Positions 13,309-25,204 of a stretch of 64,000 bases of DNA are shown here, in pieces. Made by a program: the position numbers and the translations under genes. How positions within the stretch are numbered: the first letter of the stretch is position 1; every line of letters starts with the position of its first letter. The DNA comes from Syncephalis fuscata S228 (taxonomy: Eukaryota; Fungi; Zoopagomycota): positions 62,001 through 126,000 of the forward strand of contig JAHLTZ010000032.1 of the NCBI GenBank assembly GCA_025786725.1, read 5' to 3'. The notes under the pieces are model-generated. The model was not told the origin of the DNA. It made no database searches and saw nothing but the letters and a program-made list of their open reading frames with translations.

Positions 13309-14159
13309 ACAATTTAATAAAATATAGCATTTTCTACTTTAACTGGTACCGATATTGATTAGTCGCTAATAATCGACTCACAAACTGACGACTAAGCTTT
13401 TAAGCTCTGGCAATCAATATAGAAGCCACGTTTAATGAGTGACAAATAAACAACAATGCCTTGTGTGTCTTTATTAAACAGTGCCCATTAAGCTATCTTT
13501 TGTATGGTATTTTCCTTTGAACTAATTAGAATATAATAACTATTTCTGCAACATAAATGAATTATTAAATTTAGTTTGTACTTCATTCACGTCTAGCACA
13601 TGTGCTTGAAAATATAAAAAATAAAAAATACGGAGCTTAATAAACGGGGCATTTGAAACACAAATCAAGGGAACATAAAAGTGGCACAGAAATAGGATGG
13701 TGATTGAATAAATTGCTAAAATATTTGCTTGTAAAAGTACTGTTACAAATGGGCTGTATTGACTTAGTTGGAGGGCTGGCGGGGCGACGATCTGAAGCAA
13801 AGTTTGAAATGGGCTGATAGCGTATTCATTAATAATAAAATTCATACAATATTACAATATTATTGTTCATACAAACTGCTTTGATCTACAATACCCATAC
13901 TGATGACAGATCAAGATTTTTAATCAAACTTCAGACCGCATCATCAAATGGTTCCTATCCAAAATCAATCTAATTACTAAAAAAATCTACAGAACTTGGC
14001 GTTAAAATTATCCATCGACTTAGTAGTACTCATTTTAACTAAGCACGATAATTTATATAATAACGATTATGACTATGGTTGATTATACTAAAAAACAATT
14101 TATTACATCGCTAAATATCTTTTGTATAGTAATATCTGTGGGTTAATATGAATAGTTGA

Positions 14160-14411
14160 TTATTTAATGACTCCTTTGCCGTTCATTGCTGTGCCAAAAG
14201 CAGCCCCAACAATGGTTCCTGTTTTGCTATATGGATCTGTGTTGCTATATGGATCTGTGTTGCTTATCGGATTGCTGTAAAGATCCAGATAGGCGTTCGA
14301 TAGCCACTCTGGCCATCCAATTCCAAGTGCAACAACTGGAGCAGCTTCTACATTTTTTGAAAATCCAGCCAAAGCGACAACAGCCAAAAGCATTGAAATA
14401 CGGATATACAT
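14160..14411 (-). CDS. small secreted peptide precursor (SNTDPY tandem repeat)
   Basis: MYIRISMLLAVVALAG...VEA-AP signal peptide; 83 aa. Confidence 0.65.
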   Translation of the reverse strand: MYIRISMLLAVVALAGFSKNVEAAPVVALGIGWPEWLSNAYLDLYSNPISNTDPYSNTDPYSKTGTIVGAAFGTAMNGKGVIK

Positions 14412-15308
14412 CGCGAAAATCTTAGATACCAAACGTGGTGATAACGAGTGTTGATGCAATTGCGTTTAAAGTATAGATGATAGTGAGACTAACTTGGCCG
14501 GCAAGCTAATAAGAGAATATGCGTGATAAAGCTGCGAAGATGGATGAAACGGCTCGATACTAGTAGCGTGGATTAGAAAATGCCTGTGATTTAATACTGA
14601 TTATAAGAGTGGTGCTGCGTTTGAATTGTATGACTAGCGGAGTAAGTGTGGGTGTCGGCTACTTAACTGCAAATCAATGAGGAGTCGCACGTTTCAATCA
14701 TCCAGTTTCGGCAACCTGAATACTATTTTCAACAAATTCCTGACTGGTTTATCGCTGTCGGTAGGTGAAGTTTGTAAACTACTCCTAGGTCTATCTTCAT
14801 GAAACGAACTTGGATTTACAGAGTCGCCAATATTAGTTTTGTTCAAGGCTGCCCCATTAAACAATGTTTTAGTCGAAATGCCATAATAATTAGTCTGAGC
14901 ATTTTTACAAAAGAGCGTGTGGTTCATGCCCTGTTTGGGTTTATCTAACAAGGCGATTGAATTAGCAATCGAACATCTCCGTTTTCAAAAATCTAGAAAT
15001 CAAGTTCTGAGTTTAGTCTCTAGCTATGTTAGTACTTTACAAATTCCGGTTATTCACCAAACTGGCACAGCAACTAAAATAGAATAAAAAGAAAGGCTAG
15101 AATTTTTTATTTTTTATTATTGGATGGTTATTTATAAAATCGTTATTTCTTAGCAATATTTATAGATAAGTAGCTGTGGTGTTCAATATTCATCATACAT
15201 GATGCCTAATATGAGTCTTTGATGACCAAAAAAAACTAAGTAGATTTTGCTTCTCAGCTTCTTAGCAAGCATGGCTGTTTCTGTAGTATTAGTATACGTT
15301 TACAGATT

Positions 15309-15569
15309 TCATTCAGCTACGGCGGATGGATCGTTTGATAAAGTAATTCCAAACGATACTCCACCCCATGAACTACTTTGAGAGGAGCAAAAATAAATAC
15401 AGGAAGTACTCCATGAATCATCGCTCCAGTTAATCCAATTTTGAAAGAAAGAACGTCTTGAAAGTCGTTTAGTATAGCTATCAGCGCTTCTTTCTACTGG
15501 AGCAGCCGATGCATTGGTGATAAGAATTGCAATAATTAAGACTATAAGTGGGTAGATGAAGAGACGCAT
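15309..15569 (-). CDS. small secreted peptide precursor with Kex2-like sites and SCIYFCS core
   Basis: Signal peptide ...NASA-AP, KR/RR, aromatic-rich mature region; paralog of 16927-17229. Confidence 0.75.
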   Translation of the reverse strand: MRLFIYPLIVLIIAILITNASAAPVERSADSYTKRLSRRSFFQNWINWSDDSWSTSCIYFCSSQSSSWGGVSFGITLSNDPSAVAE

Positions 15570-16926
15570 AATGCCAAATTATATTATAGCAGTATCGCAG
15601 TTTAGATGCAGATTAACTGTGATATAGGCTAATGATAAGGAAATAGCGGCTAAGCCATAAATGTGTTTACGCGTGTTTAGAGAGTAAAATGGCTGATCGT
15701 AAAAAGTGAATAATGATGATTAATGGCAGACACAACCCTGATCTTTTATAGATCGTCGTCATAGTCAATGAATTAAAACATAGTGTTAGCGAGAAAATGG
15801 CTAAGGTAAAAACACGTCCTATGGCTCGGTTTACTCGTTAAAATAGTCGCTATACGTCAACCAATAGACTGGCCACTGCTTATATTGGCCTTAAATTCCG
15901 CCTTATTTCCAATACATAGCTATTTTTAAGAAAACACACACACAGTATATAACCAATATTCGGCCTATTCTCTAAAAATTAAGTTGCTTAAGAAGATTCC
16001 AACTGTACAACAGGCAGTAAACTATCCATGCGGCATTTGCAATTGCCTAACCATTTACCGGGATCACAGGCATGAACAATAAGCGATAGTTGATTTGAGA
16101 AACCATACTAGATTTTGTGGTGATCGCTAGTAAATCAAATACTTTTCTGTTGCTTTTTTATTTTTGTGTATTATTTTGTAATTTATCAACATAGCACACT
16201 TGCAGCTAATTTATAAACGCAAATGATTTGGCAATAAAAGTATTGTTTTAGAAACAATTAACATGGCGGCTGGTATTGAATATATTTAGCATATCACTCA
16301 TTGCCTTTCATCATCTTAGCTTTTCATCATTACAGTAAAATCTTTAATAAAACTAGCATGTGCCAAACATGGCGTTTCAATAACTACAATCAAAGAGCAT
16401 AGATAATTATTTTTGGCTTGTTGCTTAAACAATTATGTAGATAATCGTTTTCTTTTTTAAGCACAGGCTAAATCTTTGTAAAATAATTATACAAAATAAT
16501 TGCTATTATTCAAATATAGAGTACAACAAATTTATGGATTTATCCAAAAACACTAGATAAACTGCTATCCATGCCAAAAAACAATATTAGATATGGCATC
16601 AAATTGTGTGTGCTTACAAAAAGTAGTGAGTTGTTTACTGAAGTGCGTTAGATAAAAGACGTTAGCTTGATATGGGTGTAAATTGTAGCTATAGCATAGC
16701 TATTACTTCAAATTTAATTAACATAAATAAAGGTGAAGATGTTAGAATATTAACTAGTTTAGAACAATAAGCAATATTTGAATGATAAGTCGCCAATGAA
16801 TAACAATTATAATTTGAAATTTTGTTTTAAATAATTAATTTAATCTTCGGCAAGTATATTAAATAATGAACTCTTGTTTACTTATTTATTAAAACGTTAC
16901 TAAATAAATAAACAATAATAGATGCA

Positions 16927-17229
16927 TTAGTGCTTATTATTAGATAGTTTGGTATTAGTTGACTTGGGCGGCATTAGTTTGTCTTGCATCACCATTTTCG
17001 AAGGTGCGTAGAAAAAGCTCAGTGGTCCGGATGAACCAGATCCGTTTCTGGAGCAGAAAAAGACACAGGAGTTGTTGGGTGAATTCCATAATCTAAATCT
17101 GTCAAAAAAACCACGCTTTGACAAGGCGGTGCTGCTGTTATAATCATCGCTTGCCACAGGCATAGCTGATACACTTGCAGCCGAGGCTGCAATAAGTAGC
17201 GCAAATACGGCAAAGCTTGACAGCTGCAT
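16927..17229 (-). CDS. small secreted peptide precursor with Kex2-like site and SCVFFCS core
   Basis: Signal peptide ...SVSA-MP, then LSKR-GFF; paralog of 15309-15569. Confidence 0.75.
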   Translation of the reverse strand: MQLSSFAVFALLIAASAASVSAMPVASDDYNSSTALSKRGFFDRFRLWNSPNNSCVFFCSRNGSGSSGPLSFFYAPSKMVMQDKLMPPKSTNTKLSNNKH

Positions 17230-18096
17230 GTTGCTTAAGATACGTGTGCTAGATTAGTGAGTGCTGGGTAAAGTGTCGTAGCAAAAAAGCATTAAAGGCT
17301 AATTGGTCGTATTCAATACAGTCAAGACAGTTAGCGATACAAACAATTGATTAAGGGGCGTGAGAGAAGTGTAAAGAGGATTAAATGCATTTTAAACAGT
17401 TGACTTTTAAACTAAAAGCTCCACTGGTTATAAGATAAAAATATACATTATTTCCATGGAAAGGGATTTGTGAAATATAGAAATTTCTACTATTGAAGCG
17501 TGGTGACCATGTGTTTGTGAGCGACAGCAAGCTAATTTAGTCATTAGTGCACTGACCTTAATGAATTAGTCATATATCAGTGGTAAATAAATAAACCGGT
17601 CATCGGTAACGGAAAAACATTTGCAAATCATCCTTACTATAGTTGCATCAAATTGTTGACTGTGATAAGTCCTATGCGTTTGAGCAAATATCCGTTTGCT
17701 ATTTATTAACGGAATAGTATATATATCAAATAAATACCGCAAACTGACTTTCATTACCAGTATCATATTGCTGCTAACATCTCGATAGCAGTTTGTATGA
17801 GTTGAATATACTATTATTAACAATATACGATTCTCTAGCTCATTGCATAAATTTATTTTAGAAATAAGGCCTAATTAGTTACTCGGTTTTAGGGTCTAGG
17901 CACGGACTGACATTGAGTTTGTTCAGTATCACACTGTGTACAAATTTGCCGCTGACTGACCGTACACATAGGCGAGCATACAGATTATACAGATATAAGA
18001 AATTATACAAATGTAATAGAGAGAGAATAAATGGCTTTATTACTGGTTATTTTAACAAAGTAGCACACGGGTATCACGGGGTGTAAACACGTTAAA

Positions 18097-18342
18097 CTAT
18101 TTGTCGGCCTTTTTGTCCTTAGACTTTACGCTGATGGAAAAAGCACTACTTCCCCATGAGCCACTGGACTTTTGATCCAGTGTACTTTTGTAGGGCGTTG
18201 AAGTCCACCAAGGTAAGCTCCAAAAGTCGTATCCAGAAACAGCGGCATCATCATGCTTTGATAGCGCCGGAAGGCCATGTACTGCTCCACCAATACTGCT
18301 TAGCGCCGCAAGCAGAGTTATAATGGTAATTGAGGGACGCAT
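18097..18342 (-). CDS. small secreted peptide precursor (Trp/Ser-rich)
   Basis: MRPSITIITLLAALS...VHG-LP signal peptide; SWGSSAFSIS resembles SWGGVSFGIT of the 15309 gene. Confidence 0.65.
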   Translation of the reverse strand: MRPSITIITLLAALSSIGGAVHGLPALSKHDDAAVSGYDFWSLPWWTSTPYKSTLDQKSSGSWGSSAFSISVKSKDKKADK

Positions 18343-19283
18343 CGTTATATGAATTAGTAAGTGGATGAACGAATGATCAGTGCAGATGTAGTGTGCGATC
18401 CAGCGCAGCAATGATATACGTTAGTGATGTAAGAGTTTGGTAAGTACCGATAGCGTTGGTAAGCAAGCGTATGTAGACGAAATAGCGTAGTGGAAAGAAA
18501 TCGTTGGTTAAAGTAGACGGTAAGCAAGAATCGGCAGCTTTAATTTAAATTGATGCTTAAAAAGTATCAAAAACATGTGTTATTAATTCAGTGCAGTTCC
18601 CCGAATATTTGTTGTTAGAGAATTGGAGACATACGGAGTATCGGTGGAACATAAAAGCTAGAATATTGTTTCAAACAGCTTGACCATTCTATTTGATGAG
18701 ATGACGGGTACATTTTGATTTGCCTTTCTTGGCCAAATAGCGTAAATGCATCTCTCCTCTAATATTGTGTCAGCAGTATTTAGTACATAGCTGAGTGTTT
18801 TTATTGTACCGAATAAGAATGATTGAGGGATATAAATCATTCTAAATCATCAGTGTGTTTTATAGTAAGGCTCGACTAATGGCTTTAGCAGATCAAAAAT
18901 CACTCTATTAGCATATCCAACATAAACCATACCATTATTTGATGAATCATTCTGATGTCAAACCAAACAGCCATTGGCATCGCTGCTGTACTTATTGCTA
19001 TCCCGTTTTTTAGAATATTCACACACTACATTTGATTACGTTAGTAATATACTCGCGTTATCTATTTTAGCAATAATATTAATAGTCCATTTAGTTGTCT
19101 TATTCATTTCTATTGTTGCTATTGTATTAATATTAAACAGCTCATTAGACTTTTAGTGTAACATAATGGTAAATGACTATATTTAATAACATCTGCGTAA
19201 TTGAGGTATATATTCGTTCCATTAAAGAGGGGGTCAACTAGCAAGTTTTGTTTAATCATCACATTTATTGTTGTTTGAGGGAC

Positions 19284-19432
19284 AAATGACTAAATTTAAT
19301 AACATGTTATTTATTGAACATGATGGTGAATGGCGAGTGATGTCAATCATTAAAATACTCATCATTATAGATTTATTGTCCAGTATGCATATATCCTTTA
19401 TTCACATAAATCATTTAACAATATAGTAGACA
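19284..19432. repeat. dispersed AT-rich repeat, second copy at ~33955-34104
   Basis: Shared text atttaataacat...tattgaacatgatg...aatactcatca.t.tagattt.tt.tccagtatgcatatatcc...tcattt.acaatata.tagacac. Confidence 0.65.
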
Positions 19433-21406
19433 CAATATATTAATAAGCTGTTTGTTTATTGCTAATTGCATTTTTTGACTAGTTCAAATCTTTGCACGCA
19501 TTCAGTCATATACATTATAGCTTCGTTATTGTTATTATATAACTTTTGTCCATTCTGTCCTATATCATTCTATGTTTTATCAAAAATACTTTTTGTTAAA
19601 AGTTGTTTTTTTTGTTATTGTCTATACTCTTTGTAAATTACAATTTAGTTTCCTTAGTTGGATACACATACACTATACTTTATCACAAATATTCATACAC
19701 TTTCTTTGATTATCATTTACTTTATATCATTTTACTGATTTGAAACTATGTATTTTGCATTAATAGAAATAAAATCAAAATAATATAGTGTTGAGTATAT
19801 GATACTTAGATTGAGCCATATATCTGGTATTAATAATATTATAATACAATAACTTGCCTTTGACATTTAAAATAACATCAGTTTTATAAAAATTGCTGTT
19901 TATTCCAAATACACAAGCAAAGAACAATGCACTTCTATTTCATTACAAAAATGTGCGCTATATTAGAACGACATGCATCAGCTTCATTAATAATTTATAA
20001 ATACACAAGTCCGTTTAGTTTAATCGTATGTTTTATACTACTCTCAGCATCATAAAAACATATTAAAAGTTGTAATAGATGGCATATATAAGCCAATATG
20101 CATTAATAATTATATTTTACAAATGCTTGCTTTAATATCCGACGCAATATATCAAACAAATACAACAAATTTTTATAACTACCGTTTTAAATAGCATAAT
20201 CTACTAATTTAATGACTAAAAGTAAAAAGAATAATCAATAGATTTATTTTAGTTTGAACATTGCCGAAATCATACAATGATAAAATTGAAACATTAATGA
20301 TAACTATTGTTGAAATATTTAAAGCATCAAAGAGGGCTGTAGCAACTAGTGAGCTATTTTGATGTTAATTAACGTGCAACTCACATTCTGTACAATCCCC
20401 ACTTGATAAGGTAAAATAGCTTTCTGCTACTGGAATAAATCCATTTCAATGTGCTACGGATAATTGTAGTCAAGCACTTTAGTAACTTGGCTTTTCTTTG
20501 TTTCAATATTTCTGTGTTTCTTCCTTTAAGCACTAAATAGTATATACTTGTTATTTAATTATTTCTATACGCATACACAAATTCACAACATTTCAAGCTA
20601 CAACAAATTAATTTAACATCAGGCAACGCCTCTTCTCGGGCACGCTTTAAATTTTGACGTGGGACAAACAAGAAAAATACATGCCAGTTGATTGCCAGTT
20701 TTTAAAATCGGCAAACAATGGCAAATTCTACTATAACTCATACCAAGTTCCATGGCCACTTGCTCATGCATGCTTAGTCAATTGATATGAGCTGGTGAAT
20801 TCACACATTGGCGCATTGTTTAATTTTTCCATAGCAAGACCGGTAACAATTATGTATTTGCTAGCTATAACCTCAACAATAATGCTTTTGTCAAATTTAC
20901 AAACATGCCATTCCTTGTATCAGTTACTTACTGTTTTAAAATCACAAACAATTCAACAGCCAGCGTCGTTTTCAACAAGATTAACAAAGTAATTGATGGA
21001 GTAAGTATTTCGGTGCAATTATTTATCTCTTGCCATTGTTGCAAGTGGGGCAAAACGCAATTGAATTGTTAAAATAAGTAAATAAGAATTGCATATTTAA
21101 TAATTAAAAGCTAAATAAAGTTTATTATGCACTAAATATTATTTCCTTTACTAGTTAAAGACAACGTTTGCAAATGTTAATATTTTACAAAGTAATATTA
21201 AAAATGACTATTTACAATACTATATACAAATACTTCAAACAACATGTTAATAATACAAAATAACTTACTAAATTAATACTTATATTGTTTTATTATGATT
21301 CATGTAATGTACTATTAAGCCTAGTCATTGCAAATACAAGGTGGTTCATACAGATGTTATTTAGTCATAGTGTAATATATGGCTTGATCAAAATAATAAA
21401 AACAGC

Positions 21407-22400
21407 TTAACGCATTACTTCAGACTTTGCAGTAACAATCTGAGACAAATTAAGAATATTATCGGTTTTTGGGCGATGGTTAAACTTTGCAGTTTTACCA
21501 AATTTTTGGCAATGGTTGATTAATATTGTTGTGACGACCACACTAACTATGTATAAGCTACATATATAAGTAGTTAACCATTATCACTTACCTATCTATA
21601 ACAAAAAATGTATCAGCATTGACTTTATGCGCATATACAATAACAAAAATGGAACAAATAATGTTGCATGACGTGGCCAAAAGCATTGTTTGTATTCCAT
21701 CGCGCGCTAGCTGTTTCCATGCTTCCGATCCAAATAGGCGATACTGCTTTAGGGCGATGTAACAAAAGATGGCCGAGAATAATACGTTGATTGGCACATT
21801 AATTACAAACCAATACCAAAGAATAAACTGAGGATAAAAAACTAAACAAGCAATCTTTTCTTCTAAGGTGGAGAAGCTAAGGTATATTAGAAGAAAAGGA
21901 AACGCGAGTTGTGATATCATTATTGGGATACTAATATACAATATCCATTTTTGTCGACAAAGTACTAAATAAACCTTCTGAAGAAGTATCAAACCATTGC
22001 CAACCATTGCAAATGATATGTTGAATGTAAGAATCCATATCATAATCCGACAATTAATGGGAGAGTCGACGTACATCGATATAACCGCCAGAATGATCAG
22101 GCTACTTAAAACGGAAGGAAGGAAACAACACCACGACACTATGCTGCGAGGCCGTGATATAACCATTCTACTGGCAATGATAAGGTTGCGACTAAATATA
22201 CAAAACATTATAATGTGTACTACAATCAGGATTTGTACACCAAGCAGTCGAAGACGTTGGCTAGCAATGTCGCCGGTGGCTTCTATAAAGAAATCAAATA
22301 TGCTCTTTTCGCCAAGCGGATGAAGGCGGGCACCCCATTGCTTTATATCGCTATTCATCCACTCATTGTAGTCTGAGCTGGTATAGTTAATGAATGGCAT
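21407..22400 (-). CDS. orphan 7TM/GPCR-like membrane protein
   Basis: Seven hydrophobic segments; SWCC, NCR, QKVYLV, QYRLFGSEAWKQLARDG; intron after FVID; last exon with RPKT; paralog of 49141-50086. Confidence 0.8.
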
Positions 22401-22924
22401 TATGTACCGATAGTATATATGTATAGAAACAATACGATATAAAGTGGTAAATATGTTAGCGTAAGATAAAAAATGCTGAACAACCAAAGAGTGCATACGA
22501 ATCAGGTGTACGTTTTATAGCCATCAAATTTTGACTATATTATTAACGAGTCATTGAATTGATGCAATAAACCTGTTATGCATATCATGGCTGTCACATA
22601 GGTCATGCTGACACTAAACTGGATAGCAGCATGTATTTCATACTACTCACAAACCACATGACAATAAAAGTATCAGTGCGCATCAGTAGGAAAACAGGCC
22701 TTGTCGAAAATACACAGTAATGATATTGCAGAATAATTGAAACAATTCAGTATTATAGAACTATTAGAATTAATAAGCCAAAAGTAATCATGCTGACTAT
22801 TTTTTGCATATTATGAAAACATACATTTCTTTTCTAAACGCCATAACAATTGATTTAAAAAGTGAAAAAAGCATAGTAGAAAGTGAATGCAAATTACAAG
22901 TTATCAAGTTAATAAAATTGATTT

Positions 22925-23670
22925 GGATGAACTGTACTTTGACTCTTACATTTTGAGTCCTCAAAGCAAAATTCGTTCTAATTGAAGTCATGCTGTTATG
23001 CACAACAAACATAGCTATAATGTGTTAATTTGACTATTTTAAAATTCACGAGGCCAATCATTGTTGTTATTGGTCATGCGTAAAAAATTGATCGAATATT
23101 AATAAAAGCCATTGATCGCGATTCCATATTGTTCCACAACTGTTGTTGTTGTTACTACGTACAGTGTGATTTCTTGTGTCTGAATGCTCTCTTTTATCTT
23201 CCAATCTTTTACTGTTGCAATTTGGGCATATTTGCGATGTAAGATACTCGTCTATGGTGACAAGAAGGTAAAACGACTAGCGTTTCTGATGTTCACCATT
23301 GTCTTGAGCATTCTTGGTATCAACTTGGTAGGTGCAGTTTATTTGCCAGCCATTGATGAAGCAAATGGCCTCCACCATATGCAATAGTGATAGATTGAGT
23401 ATCTTCACCAGGAAGATCTTGTGACGACAGTTGTAACCAGGATATACAGTATGCCGTTGAGGTTATTTGAACAGGTATTGATGTAAAATAAGAAAGATAA
23501 AAACTAGGGATTGAATAATGTTTTTTATTGATGTTCAAATACGCATGCTATTTATATTGTTATATTTGATATTATCGGATAATATGCTATTGAGCAGAAC
23601 AATAAGATAGTATTAAGAAAATATGATGAAATAAGTACATAAAAATGTGGGGTCAAAGTACAGTAGCTCC
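22925..23670 (-). mobile_element. non-autonomous Fanzor-derived TIR transposon (copy 2, type-A 3' end)
   Basis: TIRs ggatgaactgtactttgac (22925) / gtcaaagtacagtagctcc (ends 23670); flanks attgattt vs atcgatct (6/8 TSD); minus-strand remnant TIAYGGG.FASSM.GK*TAPTK...VTIDEYLTSQICPNC...CGTIWNRD. Confidence 0.9.
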
Positions 23671-23756
23671 ATCGATCTAATTAATTTGTCAATTATTCAT
23701 TACAATCGATTTTGTAAAAAAGTTGTTTACTGTTCTGCCGCTTTTGAAAAAGATAA

Positions 23757-24163
23757 ATGGATTTCTTTGCTGCCCAAAGATCTTTCTATATTTTACAGGA
23801 AACAATCATTGCTTTTGGTGATGGTAACTTTGGTGCGTCTATGAAAGAAAAACTATCTACCCCTACACGAAAAATCACCAAAATTATCAAGCAAATAACC
23901 AATAAGTCCAATAATTTTATTGAACTTATTTACGTTGATGACTATAGGACAAGTCAAGTTTGTAACGGGCGTAAAAAAAGAAAACTGGAAAAAATAACAA
24001 CTATTGGATTAAAGCGTAAAATAAATGTTGTACTCGAGTGCCAATCTTGTGGCATAGTATAAAATCGCGATGTAATGACTGCGAAAATATACACAATATT
24101 TTTACACACAAAGCAAGAAATAACGATAAAAGTCCGATTGAATTCAGACGTGAAGACAGCTAA
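23757..24163 (+). pseudogene. Fanzor (TnpB-like RuvC nuclease) C-terminal remnant, second family
   Basis: TIIAFGDGNFGASMK...PTRK...YVDDYRTSQVCN...VLECQSCGIV*NRDVMTAK/NI..IF...P.EFRR: RuvC-II region, Zn finger, RuvC-III; internal stop at 24060 and a frameshift. Confidence 0.9.
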
Positions 24164-24293
24164 TTATCAATTTCTTTTCAATAATGCGACTAATAGGACT
24201 TCTTTGCATCCCCACTGGTTAATTCCAGTAAGTAGAATCAGGCTGTTTGTATCATTTTATTAAATTAAAACTACATATTTAGTAATGATCATA

Positions 24294-25162
24294 TTACAGT
24301 GCATCAACATTTAATAATGTCCGCAGTACATTATGAAGTATAAACGCTGTAAGTCCCCAAATAGCTGGCGCATTTTCTGGCACACCTGGAAGTCCATGGA
24401 TTTGCCATTCAGGCACGAGTGGACCTTTGCCACGAAATTGAATTAAACGCCAGCGCAATGGATTGATCAATTCACGAAACGATACGGCAAAAACGGCCTC
24501 AACTTCATCGTGTGCAAATTTTAATGCCGATACAGGAGCACTCGCGGTAAATGGTCGTTCAATATAGCCAACGAACGGGTGAACACGAATCGTGAGCGAT
24601 TTATCAGGCAATGTGTGGTGCATACCAAGTATTTGTATAATTTCCGATGCAAGTCCAATTTCTTCTTGAGTCTCTCGTAGTGCAGTTGCTGTTAAATTCT
24701 CATCCGTAGGATCACGTTTTCCACCGGGAAAACTAAATAGTGGAATACAAGTGTGAATAAAACAACAACAACGGCATAATAACGTGACGCCTACCTAATT
24801 TCTCCGCGGTGAGCCTTTAGCCGCGAACTACGCAGTGTGAATAGTACACTGGGCTGGCCATCAACCATGCACAGTGGCACTAACACACTTGCGTCGCGTG
24901 TCGGCTGCTTTTCGCTGTAGCGATAACGATAAGCTGGTGGGCGTGCACGCTCTAGTCGTTGGCTATACTTATTAAGTGTCGCTGCATCAAGAGTATCCGG
25001 CAGTGTAATTGGTACTTTATTTTTTAATAAAGGTCTATTGGTTGTAAATGTACGATAAAATAGCGATACTAGTTGCTGCTGTTGGTGTAGCTGCTGTTTT
25101 GATACTCGATACGACGACAATAACTTTCTGCAGTGGGTAAACGGCTTTATAGCTAAAAACAT
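24294..25162 (-). CDS. PCD1: NUDIX CoA diphosphatase (PCD1/NUDT8-like)
   Basis: ASVLVPL...VLFTLRSSRLKAHRGEI/SFPGGKRD...TALRETQEEIG Nudix box; IWGLTAFIL. Confidence 0.9.
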
Positions 25163-25204
25163 GGTGTTAATATAATAATAGGAATAGTTTAGCTAGGATT
25201 CAAA

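Noticed and set aside
13750-13830. SWRAGGAT resembling the tyrosine-recombinase HSxRxGGAT motif
   Set aside because: Single short motif flanked by stops, with no supporting context.
14694-14951. 85-aa ORF within the peptide cluster
   Set aside because: Non-ATG start, no signal peptide or motif; it lies in the upstream region of the 14411 gene.
8008-24062. Conserved Trp codon changed to a stop in two Fanzor remnants (TGA at ~8009, TAA at 24060) as evidence of RIP
   Set aside because: Two sites are compatible with ordinary G-to-A drift in an AT-rich genome.
1-25162. Possible CoA-metabolism cluster (peroxisomal carrier, PAN5, PCD1)
   Set aside because: The genes are >10 kb apart with unrelated genes between them; likely coincidence.
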